Part shown: positions 26,369-34,758 of the stretch, piece by piece | How positions within the stretch are numbered: the stretch's first letter is position 1 | Layout of the letters: every line of letters begins with the position of its first letter | NCBI GenBank assembly: GCA_001899175.1 | Contig: MKVH01000024.1 | Coordinates: 883,127 to 947,126 of the forward strand | Direction: 5' to 3' | DNA from: Candidatus Kapaibacterium thiocyanatum | GTDB lineage: Bacteria > Bacteroidota > Ignavibacteria > Kapaibacteriales > Kapaibacteriaceae | DNA length: 64,000 nucleotides | Made by a program: the position numbers and the translations under genes | The notes under the pieces: model-generated | The model's database searches: none | Seen by the model: only the letters and a program-made list of their open reading frames with translations | Told to the model about the DNA's origin: nothing

Positions 26369-29214
26369 TTCTTCTTCTTGCTCTTCTTCTTTTTCTTTCC
26401 GTCGATGGCGATCGGCGTACCGGACACGGCGAGAGGACGCAGCATGGCCTGCAGGGCTTCATCGGATTCCATCGCGAGATAGGTGGCGGCCTGGTTCTTC
26501 CAGAACACCGGTGCGGAGGGCAGGATGCGGTAGAAGGTCTCGCGCGTGGAACGAGGGGCGGACTTGACGAACAGGGCGACGTCCTCGGCATCCGCCGTCG
26601 TCGTATCCACGGCACCGACGAGGCGAAGGCCGCTCGTCAGCGTGGCCCTGTTCGACAGCGTACGCCACCAGGAGATGACCGGAGCCGCGGGTCGCTTCGC
26701 GCCGCGCACCAGTCCTTCCACCGCACCATACCGTACGATCTGCTGTTCTTCGGCGAGAGCCGGCTGAAGGTTCTGGAAGGCGGCCGTGCCACCGATCATG
26801 CCCAGTGCGAAGGAGGCACGCGAGCGGACGTAGGGATGATCGTCCTTGAGCAGCATCTTCAGTCCCGGAATACCGCTCGAATCTCCGATCTCGCCGATGG
26901 TGATGGCTGCCAGGCGGCGCTTCCGCCATGAATCGTCGCGGACGAGAACCATGAGGGATGGAACCATCGACGTCATTCTGATGCGGCCACCGACGGTAGC
27001 GCACATCGATACGACGGCGGGATCCTCGCTGGAAAGGCTGTCACGCAGCAGGGTTTCGACGGCGACGCCGTTCGACTCGTGGATCTTCGGGAGAATGTAT
27101 TCCAGAGCCAGGCGTTCACGTGGCATCTGTGTACCGAAGTGCGTGGCGAGATGGGGGAGGGCCGACACGCCGAGCGAGACGATCCTGTCCCGTGCGGGCT
27201 GGACGTTGTTCTGGAAACGGAGGGGGGCCGCGGAGGCCTGGATGAAGAGACTGTCCACGCTTTGGGCGAGCGGCATGACGGCGTACTGTGGAGTCGTTGG
27301 TGACGTCGTCCCTGCCGGCGCAGGGATCAGGTCCGCGTCGTTGAAGACACCGTAGGTTGACTGCACGCTGACGCTGTTGTTGCGCGTCGAGGCTCCATAG
27401 GTATCGTTGCCGCCACCATCTGCGAAGATGCCGATCATGCCGTAGTTACGCCGGAAGTCGGAATAGCCCATCGTCGTCGGTGTATGCATTGCGACGTAGG
27501 CATCGTTCCCCGTGACGTCGATGAAGACCGATACGGCGTTGGCGTTGCCGCCGCCCAGGGACAGGCTTTCGACCATGTAGCTGTCGTTCCCCCGTTCGTC
27601 GATGAGGGCCCCCAGGGCGACGTCGTGACCACAGCCCTGCGAGACGCCATGCGACACGTAGATGTCGTCGCCTGAATCGTCTCTCAGAATGCCCGTGGCG
27701 AAGTGGACACCGGCGCCTTGTGCGTACTGATAGGCGACGTAACGGTCGTCACCCGCCCGATCGAGCAGGGCGCCCAGGCCGAACCAGTATCCCGTACCCT
27801 GACCGTAGATGTCGGTCGAATATGCGTCGTTGCCCCGTTCGTCGGCGAGGATTCCGATGCCTCCGGAAGCGAGTGGACGATAGCCGAGGGCCGCACCCTG
27901 GGTGAACGTCACCTGATGTGCTTCGTAGCGCAGGACGTCGACGTACGGGCTCGCGGCCAGGTACTGGTCATTGCCGGCGAGGTCGGACAGGATGCCGATG
28001 CCGCGTGTCGCACCGAAGCCTTGTGCCTGGGCATGTGCACGGTAGATGTCCTGCCCTCCATCGTCGAGTACGAGACCGATGCCGAAGATGCCGGCACCCT
28101 GGGAGTTGATGCCGGACGAGTAGGAGTCGTCGCCGGCCATGTCGTGGACGATGCCGACACCGAAGATGCCACATCCCAACGAAGCGTCGCCTGCCAGGTA
28201 GGTGTCGTTGCCCGAAGCGTCGATGAGGATTCCCACGCCACCGACGGCCGAGCCCAGCTCGTAGGAACCGGCGGTGTAGAGGTCGTTGCCTGCGAGGTCG
28301 ACGATGCAGCGCACGGGACGATCGATGGCATCTTCCTTCGCCGAGAGATCGAAGCGGTAGAGATCGTTCCCCCCGATATCGATGATGAGGAAGTAGGTGC
28401 CTTCGTAGACGTCGTCGCCCTTGCCGCCGATGGCGACACGTCCGTACGGTGTGGAGAACGTCATGCTGCGGATGCTGTCGCGGAGCAGATCGTTCGATTG
28501 CAGCGACTCGCGTGCGTACTGCAGGATATGGAGATAGGCCGACCAACCGTGGGTGTAGATGTCCTGGTAGGGAGCGAGCGACGAGGCGAGGAAGAAGGTG
28601 CTGGCGCGTTCCATGCCCTCCACTTCGTCGTCGTGCAACTGCCACAGCGAGGATGTCTCGTTCTCACGGCTCATCTGCCAGAGCGTATCGCACATGTCGA
28701 CGAGGATCTTCTGGTTCCTGAATCGTGCTGCCGCGTCGGACATGCCATCGGCGGCCTGGACCAAGGCCGATAGATAGCGCAGCAGGAGGGTCGAGCCAAC
28801 GAGGCCCGTCCGATCGCTCGGATCGATGCGCAGTCTCCGGATCAGTTCGTCGGCCGTGATACGGCTGTCGTAGACCGATCTGCGGAATGCCGTGAGGTCG
28901 AGATAGGGGAAAGCCGTGCGTGCGGCCAGATCCATTGAATTGTCGGACCGCCCGGCGATGAGTTTCGCGAGACCGTCGGCCTGACCGAAAGCTCCGAACG
29001 GGTCGCTGAAGAGTCGGTCATGCCATGGCAGGCGATGTGTGTCGGAAGGCAGGAGGTCCGGCGGCATGGCGCAGTCGGCACGATTCATCCCCAGGATACG
29101 GAGCGAGGTATCGAGCAGGCGCTTGCTGTCGTTGGACATGCCCTGCTGTGCGGACACCGTCGTGATCATGCATGGAACGGAGAGGAGGACGACGAGAAGA
29201 CGTAATGATGTCAT
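26365..29214 (-). CDS. Secreted protein with about 14 DxxGxDxY Gly/Asp repeats and C-terminal HEAT repeats
   Basis: Signal peptide. DIGGNDLY, DLAGNDLY, DASGNDTY, DMAGDDSY and similar, each followed by a QGxG-type segment. HEAT-like LKDDHPYVRSRASFALG. Confidence 0.8.
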   Translation of the reverse strand: MTSLRLLVVLLSVPCMITTVSAQQGMSNDSKRLLDTSLRILGMNRADCAMPPDLLPSDTHRLPWHDRLFSDPFGAFGQADGLAKLIAGRSDNSMDLAARTAFPYLDLTAFRRSVYDSRITADELIRRLRIDPSDRTGLVGSTLLLRYLSALVQAADGMSDAAARFRNQKILVDMCDTLWQMSRENETSSLWQLHDDEVEGMERASTFFLASSLAPYQDIYTHGWSAYLHILQYARESLQSNDLLRDSIRSMTFSTPYGRVAIGGKGDDVYEGTYFLIIDIGGNDLYRFDLSAKEDAIDRPVRCIVDLAGNDLYTAGSYELGSAVGGVGILIDASGNDTYLAGDASLGCGIFGVGIVHDMAGDDSYSSGINSQGAGIFGIGLVLDDGGQDIYRAHAQAQGFGATRGIGILSDLAGNDQYLAASPYVDVLRYEAHQVTFTQGAALGYRPLASGGIGILADERGNDAYSTDIYGQGTGYWFGLGALLDRAGDDRYVAYQYAQGAGVHFATGILRDDSGDDIYVSHGVSQGCGHDVALGALIDERGNDSYMVESLSLGGGNANAVSVFIDVTGNDAYVAMHTPTTMGYSDFRRNYGMIGIFADGGGNDTYGASTRNNSVSVQSTYGVFNDADLIPAPAGTTSPTTPQYAVMPLAQSVDSLFIQASAAPLRFQNNVQPARDRIVSLGVSALPHLATHFGTQMPRERLALEYILPKIHESNGVAVETLLRDSLSSEDPAVVSMCATVGGRIRMTSMVPSLMVLVRDDSWRKRRLAAITIGEIGDSSGIPGLKMLLKDDHPYVRSRASFALGMIGGTAAFQNLQPALAEEQQIVRYGAVEGLVRGAKRPAAPVISWWRTLSNRATLTSGLRLVGAVDTTTADAEDVALFVKSAPRSTRETFYRILPSAPVFWKNQAATYLAMESDEALQAMLRPLAVSGTPIAIDGKKKKKSKKKK

Positions 29215-29226
29215 GACGGTCGAAGG

Positions 29227-30465
29227 TTATTTCTGCATTCCACGAAGCTGGGCACTCAGCTCGGGGGCGCGCTTGTCCAGGTCGGATTCGATGGCCTTGG
29301 CCTTGTCGAGGTCGCCGAGGCGTATGTAGTGTCGTGCGAGCGTGAACAGGAGTTCGGTGTCGTCGGGGAACTTCCTGAGCGCTTCTTCGAGGTAGCGGCG
29401 ACCTTCCTCGAACTTGCTCGCCGCGAAGTAGGTGTTCCCTACGGATGCCCTGTAGAGAGCGTTCGTATCGTTGAGTGCGATCGACTGCTGGTGCGCTTCC
29501 ATCGCTTCGTCGAAACGGCCCTGTCCACGATAGATGACGGCGATCGAATTGTAGGAATCGGCAGCGAGGGACGGGCGTTGCAGCGCGGCACGGCGGAAGG
29601 CCTGCACGGCTTCTTCGTCGAAGCCGCGCTGCTGGTAGGAGATCGCGAGGTTGAAGTATGCTTCCGGGAAACTCGGTCTGATGGCGATTGCTCTGCGGAA
29701 GTACTTGATGGCACTGTCGACCTGACCGAGATTCTGGCGGGCGATGCCGTAGTTATACCATGCATCGGCGTCGTTCGGACGGTCCTTCACGGCCGTCTCG
29801 TACAACGCGGCCGTCGAATCGTAGTGCTTCAGGCCGAGTTGCGTTTCGGCGAGCCAGATGCGGGTCTGGACGTCGGCCGGGCTTTCTTCCAGGACACGAC
29901 CGAGGAGGTCGGACGCTTCCTGGAGACGGTCGAGCTTCGCATAACAGACGGCGAGCTGGCGGATGGCGGGGAGGAAGTCCGGGCGTTTGAAGACGACGGT
30001 CTCGAGCGGTGTCAGGGCGTCATCGTATCGAGCGGCGCGGAAATAGAGCATGCCTAGGGCATAATCGGGCTGCAACGAATCGGGAAACAGTCGTGCGGCG
30101 GTTCTCAGCACGGCAACGGCACTGTCCGGCTGTTTCAGTCTCTGACGGCATTCTGCGCTGAACAGGTATGCACTCATGATCCCGGGATTCGAGGCGATGA
30201 CACGCTGTACGGCATCGAGCGCCGCCAGTGGCGCACCGCTTTCCAGTTCGGCCATGCCGAGCAGCATCAAGGCCTCCGGCATGGCCGGATTCTTCTTGAG
30301 GACGACGGATACATGCTTGCGGACGTCCTTCCAGTTCCTGGTGGCTGCGGCTTTGCGTGCCTGGGCGAGGGACTGGGGAATGCCCTGTGCGACGATTGCG
30401 GCCGAGGAGAGAACCAGGCAGAGAAGGATTGCGAGCGAACGATTCATAACCGTGAAGTTACTCAT
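29227..30465 (-). CDS. Secreted tetratricopeptide-repeat protein
   Basis: Signal peptide and several TPRs (ADAWYNYGIA, PEAYFNLAISY, ADSYNSIAVIY). ATGA overlap with the ribD stop. Confidence 0.88.
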   Translation of the reverse strand: MSNFTVMNRSLAILLCLVLSSAAIVAQGIPQSLAQARKAAATRNWKDVRKHVSVVLKKNPAMPEALMLLGMAELESGAPLAALDAVQRVIASNPGIMSAYLFSAECRQRLKQPDSAVAVLRTAARLFPDSLQPDYALGMLYFRAARYDDALTPLETVVFKRPDFLPAIRQLAVCYAKLDRLQEASDLLGRVLEESPADVQTRIWLAETQLGLKHYDSTAALYETAVKDRPNDADAWYNYGIARQNLGQVDSAIKYFRRAIAIRPSFPEAYFNLAISYQQRGFDEEAVQAFRRAALQRPSLAADSYNSIAVIYRGQGRFDEAMEAHQQSIALNDTNALYRASVGNTYFAASKFEEGRRYLEEALRKFPDDTELLFTLARHYIRLGDLDKAKAIESDLDKRAPELSAQLRGMQK

Positions 30466-31559
30466 TCGCGAATCAGCGTGGTATGGATATCCGCGTCGAT
30501 CGTTTCGACGTCGTGAAGGCGCCACGTGCTGTCTGCGAGCAATCCGCCGTTCCACCGGAGGCCGTCACCCATGATGAAGGGAGCGGTCAGAAGCCGAAGC
30601 TCCTGCACCAGTCCATGCTCGAGCAACGAAGCGGTTACCCGTGGTCCTGCCTCGCACATGACGGAGGCCACGTTCTTTCCTCCGAGCAGTCGCATGGCCT
30701 CGCCGAGGTCGATATGCCGGTCCCGCACGGGTATTCCGATGACGTCGATCCCGTGATCGCGTAACGGCTCTGCAGACGGGCCCGACGCGGAATCCGGCGA
30801 GCACAGGCACAGCGTGGGAACGTCCTGCGCCGTTCGTACGATGGCGCTCTGCAAGGGCAGATGAAGGTGGGTATCGAGGACGATGCGCAGGGGATTCCGC
30901 CCTTCGACGTCGCGCACGGTCAGGAGCGGATCGTCGGCCAGTACCGTACCGATTCCCGTCATCACGGCATCGAACTCGGCCCGCAGTGCGTGGACACGCC
31001 TGCGGCTTCCGGCACCCGTCACGGGATAGGGCGCCGTGGCCGTACGGGCCACGCAGCCGTCCAGCGACTGGGCGATCTTCAGCACGAGGTATGGTGTGAG
31101 CGTCGTGACATGATGCATGAACGTGCGGTTGATCCAGCGGCATTCCTCTTCGCGGACGTCGGTTTCGACCGCGATGCCGTGATCGCGGAGCCTGCGGATG
31201 CCCGTGCCCGATACCAAGGGATTCGGGTCGCCGATTCCCGTCACGACGTTTCTGATGCCCGATGCGACGATGGCATCGGCACACGGCGGTGTACGTCCGT
31301 GATGCGAGCACGGTTCGAGATTGACGTAGAGAGTGGTCGACGGTGTGATCGTGGACCGGTCGAGCAGGGAGAGAGCCATGGCCTCGGCATGGGGTGCGCC
31401 CGGATAGGCATGCCATCCTTCGGCGAGAATGCGATCGCCGTCGACGATGACGCAGCCGACACGCGGATTCGGACTGGCGTGTCCCGTACCCCTCAGCGCG
31501 AGGTCGAGTGCCCGGTCCATCCAGCGCTCATGGCTTCCTTCGATTACTTCGGCGGCCAC
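30462..31559 (-). CDS. ribD: Bifunctional riboflavin biosynthesis deaminase/reductase
   Basis: SPNPRVGCVIV, HAE, NLEPCSHHGRTPPC, KIAQSLDG, GIGTVLADDPLLTVR. Confidence 0.97.
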   Translation of the reverse strand: MAAEVIEGSHERWMDRALDLALRGTGHASPNPRVGCVIVDGDRILAEGWHAYPGAPHAEAMALSLLDRSTITPSTTLYVNLEPCSHHGRTPPCADAIVASGIRNVVTGIGDPNPLVSGTGIRRLRDHGIAVETDVREEECRWINRTFMHHVTTLTPYLVLKIAQSLDGCVARTATAPYPVTGAGSRRRVHALRAEFDAVMTGIGTVLADDPLLTVRDVEGRNPLRIVLDTHLHLPLQSAIVRTAQDVPTLCLCSPDSASGPSAEPLRDHGIDVIGIPVRDRHIDLGEAMRLLGGKNVASVMCEAGPRVTASLLEHGLVQELRLLTAPFIMGDGLRWNGGLLADSTWRLHDVETIDADIHTTLIRE

Positions 31560-32395
31560 GCGAATTCGACTGTATTCATGTAGGCTCTGGGCCGCGCGGG
31601 GATAATGAGCTCGGCCTTGTACGTACCCGGCGGAACGGTCTCTCCCATGGTATGATGTCCGTTCCAGACGATGGCATAGCGCTGGATGTGGTTCGGCGTC
31701 TGGGGTTCGACCGACGTGATGGCCTGCATGAAGTTCATGCCGGCGTCCGACCGCCAGACCACGGTGCCCTTTTCATCGGAGATGATGACACGGAAGTTTT
31801 CCGACGTCGGCAGGTATTCGTCGCTAAGAAGGAAGATACGTTTGGCCTGGACGCCGATTTCCAGGGCACTGTCACCACGGCTGACGACGAACGGCGTGAG
31901 ATCCATCGGTTGCGCTTCCTGATAGGAGAGGGGCAGCCTGAAGATCAGATGATCCGTGGAGGTCACGACGGAGATGTCGGCTACGGCCGATGCCGAGCGT
32001 CGCGCGCTCGGTGTATCCCATGGAGCATCGCCGACGAGCGTCACCGTCGTTTCGGATCCAGGAGTATTCGTATAGCTCAAGGCGAAGGTGATGGTGTCGT
32101 TCAGCGAGCGTTCATCGGGTCCGATGGCGGCTTCCACCCAGCGTATGCCCGGATCGGTCGTGCGCAGGCGGGGAGACGTGATGAAGGACAGCCGGAGCGT
32201 GGAATCCTTGAGCCGTACGGCCTTGATCGGGAAGATCGGCTCGTCGACCCTGAGGGCACGGATGCCGTAGGGACTGGTGAAGGAGGACTTGCAGCTCGCG
32301 AGCAGGGCGGCTGCGACCATGCAGCATACCATGATGACGAGATGTCGGCTATTGGCTTTACGTCGTTGCATGGGCGCAAAATCGGAAAACTTCAT
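31544..32395 (-). CDS. Lipoprotein with a C-terminal BsuPI/FlgD-like Ig domain
   Basis: Lipobox LLASC. DEKGTVVWRSDAGMNFMQAI...WNG...VPPGTYKA resembles the BsuPI domain. Start could be 32371. Confidence 0.65.
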   Translation of the reverse strand: MKFSDFAPMQRRKANSRHLVIMVCCMVAAALLASCKSSFTSPYGIRALRVDEPIFPIKAVRLKDSTLRLSFITSPRLRTTDPGIRWVEAAIGPDERSLNDTITFALSYTNTPGSETTVTLVGDAPWDTPSARRSASAVADISVVTSTDHLIFRLPLSYQEAQPMDLTPFVVSRGDSALEIGVQAKRIFLLSDEYLPTSENFRVIISDEKGTVVWRSDAGMNFMQAITSVEPQTPNHIQRYAIVWNGHHTMGETVPPGTYKAELIIPARPRAYMNTVEFAWPPK

Positions 32396-33213
32396 TCAGT
32401 CGGCAATGGTGTATCTACCGTATGTGCGGCGGCACGGACGACGGAGAGGAGACGACCCGCGCCCGTTCTCGCCGCTTCCAGCACTTCGTCGTGGGTCACC
32501 TTACGGATGGCGCTGTCGGACAGAACGTTCGTGATCATGGAGCAGGCTGCCGCTTTCAGGCCGAGGGATGCCGCATGACGCAGTTCCCGCGACGTCGACA
32601 TACCGATCGCTTCGGCACCCATTCGACGATACATCCGTATTTCGGCGCGCGTCTCGTAGGACGGTCCGGCAACCTGGACGTAGATCCCGCGGGCAGGAGC
32701 GATTCCGGATCGCAGGGCCTCCTGCAGGATACGCGTGGTCCATTCGCCGTCGACCGGTATCGCCGTACCGGATGCCATCGACATACGGAAGGTGGCGTCG
32801 ATCACGTCGTCGATCATCATGACGTCGCCGGCATCGAACAGCGGGGACAGGCCTCCGGCCGCATTCGTGACGAGCAGATGCGAACATTGCAGGGCATGGG
32901 CGATCCGGACAGGCGCCGTGACCACGTCGTATGGCCAGCCTTCGTAGAGATGGAAGCGGCCGGTGAAGATTCCGACGGGAATGCCGTCGATGTCGACGAG
33001 TCGTAACGAACCACCGTGACCGGCGATCGTCGGTACCGGCATGGTGGGCAGGTCCATGTAGGGGATGTCGGCGAGGACGGGGATATCGCGGATCGCCTCC
33101 ATGATGCCCGACCCGGCGATCATCATCATACGGGGGACTGCCGGAAGGCGGCCGGTTACGGCATTCGCGATACCGTCGACGTCCACGACGGCTGCTACGG
33201 GGCTTCGATCCAT
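32392..33213 (-). CDS. punA: Purine-nucleoside phosphorylase (trimeric type)
   Basis: AGSG, AGHGG, GRFHLYEG, VTNAAGG, GPSYETRAE, GMST, ITN, HDEV. Confidence 0.9.
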   Translation of the reverse strand: MDRSPVAAVVDVDGIANAVTGRLPAVPRMMMIAGSGIMEAIRDIPVLADIPYMDLPTMPVPTIAGHGGSLRLVDIDGIPVGIFTGRFHLYEGWPYDVVTAPVRIAHALQCSHLLVTNAAGGLSPLFDAGDVMMIDDVIDATFRMSMASGTAIPVDGEWTTRILQEALRSGIAPARGIYVQVAGPSYETRAEIRMYRRMGAEAIGMSTSRELRHAASLGLKAAACSMITNVLSDSAIRKVTHDEVLEAARTGAGRLLSVVRAAAHTVDTPLPTE

Positions 33214-33217
33214 GACG

Positions 33218-33259
33218 ACAAGTTACGTCCGGCCGACCTGTGCCGAAGTGCTATCTTTG
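33218..33259. promoter_or_regulatory. Divergent promoters for PNP (-) and yicC (+)
   Basis: TAACTTGT on - at 33218-33225, 4 nt before the ATG. Exact TATCTTTG on + at 33252-33259. Confidence 0.55.
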
Positions 33260-33297
33260 CACTCTTGCGTCAAAGCGAACACCAAGGAAGGCTGATC

Positions 33298-34173
33298 ATG
33301 ATCCGAAGCATGACAGGGTACGGCAAATGCGATGCCGTCGTCAACGGTACACCTACGAGCATCGAAGTCCGTTGCGTCAACGGCAGATATCTGGAACTGA
33401 ACTGCCGCATGCCGAAGGAGTGGGCGGACAAGGAAGGTGCCGTTCGTGAAACGGCGCGCGAACAGGTATCGCGCGGCTCGCTGTCGATCTTCATCCGTCA
33501 GGATGACATGCCTTCTGCCCAGCCGGTGCGTGTCAATCCGACGATCGCCCGCGGCTACGTGGAGGCCTTGCGTTCCCTCAAGCAGGAGCTCTCGCTCGAT
33601 GGCGAGATCACGATGGATCACCTCGTCCAGTTCTCGTCGATCTTCCAGGCACCCGATGCCGAGGGAGAGCGCCCCGATCCCTGGCCTGAGCTGCATCGCG
33701 CCCTGGTGGACGCATTGCGGAATCTTAATACGATGCGCGATCTGGAAGGTGCCGAGCTCTACAAGGACTTCGCCGCACGTCTCGAAGGCATCGAGACGGG
33801 GCTGGTCGACGTCGAGGCCCGCTCGATCGCCCGGATTCCGGTGGAACGTGAACGTCTGCGTGAGCGTGTGCGCCAGTTGATGGCCGAAGACGCCGTGGAT
33901 GAGCAGCGTTTGCAACTCGAAATCGTGCTGCTGGCCGAGAAGCTCGACGTTTCCGAAGAATGCGTACGCCTCCGTAGCCACATCAAGTACTTCCGCGAGA
34001 ACCTCCAGGATGGCAAGGGTGTGGGGCGCAAGCTCAACTTCCTGCTGCAGGAGATGAACAGGGAAGTGAATACGATCGGTTCGAAGACGAACGACGCGGC
34101 CATCGCCATCGTCGTCGTCCAGATGAAGGAAGAACTCGAACGGATGCGTGAGCAGGTGCAGAATGTCGAATGA
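33298..34173 (+). CDS. yicC: YicC/YloC-family endoribonuclease
   Basis: MIRSMTGYG, VNGRYLE, DVSEECVRLRSH, GRKLNFLLQEMNREVNTIGSK, REQVQNVE. Confidence 0.95.
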   Translation: MIRSMTGYGKCDAVVNGTPTSIEVRCVNGRYLELNCRMPKEWADKEGAVRETAREQVSRGSLSIFIRQDDMPSAQPVRVNPTIARGYVEALRSLKQELSLDGEITMDHLVQFSSIFQAPDAEGERPDPWPELHRALVDALRNLNTMRDLEGAELYKDFAARLEGIETGLVDVEARSIARIPVERERLRERVRQLMAEDAVDEQRLQLEIVLLAEKLDVSEECVRLRSHIKYFRENLQDGKGVGRKLNFLLQEMNREVNTIGSKTNDAAIAIVVVQMKEELERMREQVQNVE

Positions 34174-34747
34174 TGCCGCCGCACACGGACGCAAGCACCT
34201 CATCGTTCTCAGCGCTCCGAGCGGAGCGGGGAAGACGACCGTCGCCAGACATCTGCTGACGGTATTTCCGCACCTTCAGTTCTCCGTTTCCGCCACCACG
34301 CGTGCCCAGCGCCCCGGCGAAGTACATGGCAAGGACTACGTCTTCCTCACACGGGAGGAATTCCGCACCGAGATCGAACATGAAGGCCTCATCGAATACG
34401 AAGAGATCTTCGGCAATTACTACGGCACCCTGCGTGCACAGGTCCAGGAGTCGATCGACAAGGGTGAGGACGTCATCTTCGACGTCGATGTCAAGGGTGC
34501 CCTCTCGCTGAGGGCGGCATTCCCGGACGACACCCTGCTCATGTTCATCGCGCCTCCGTCCATCGACATTCTGGAAGCCCGCCTCCGGAACAGACATACG
34601 GAGACGGACGAACAGATCGCCCTTCGTCTCTCCCGCGCGGAAATGGAAATGGCAAGCCGTGACCGCTTCGACGTCGTCATCGTTAACGACGTGCTGGAGA
34701 ATACCTTACGGCTTGCCGAGCAGGCCGTCCGCGCCGCTATTTCGTAA
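34163..34747 (+). CDS. gmk: Guanylate kinase
   Basis: SAPSGAGKTT, SVSATTR..RPGEVHGKDY, YYGT, DVDVKGA. Confidence 0.97.
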   Translation: MSNDAAAHGRKHLIVLSAPSGAGKTTVARHLLTVFPHLQFSVSATTRAQRPGEVHGKDYVFLTREEFRTEIEHEGLIEYEEIFGNYYGTLRAQVQESIDKGEDVIFDVDVKGALSLRAAFPDDTLLMFIAPPSIDILEARLRNRHTETDEQIALRLSRAEMEMASRDRFDVVIVNDVLENTLRLAEQAVRAAIS

Positions 34748-34758
34748 CTTTGCAGCCT

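Noticed and set aside
26369-26400. Purine-rich run at the end of the HEAT-repeat gene as another slippage site
   Set aside because: It is a mixed AAG/AAA poly-Lys tail without a long homopolymer, and the next gene has its own ATGA-coupled start.
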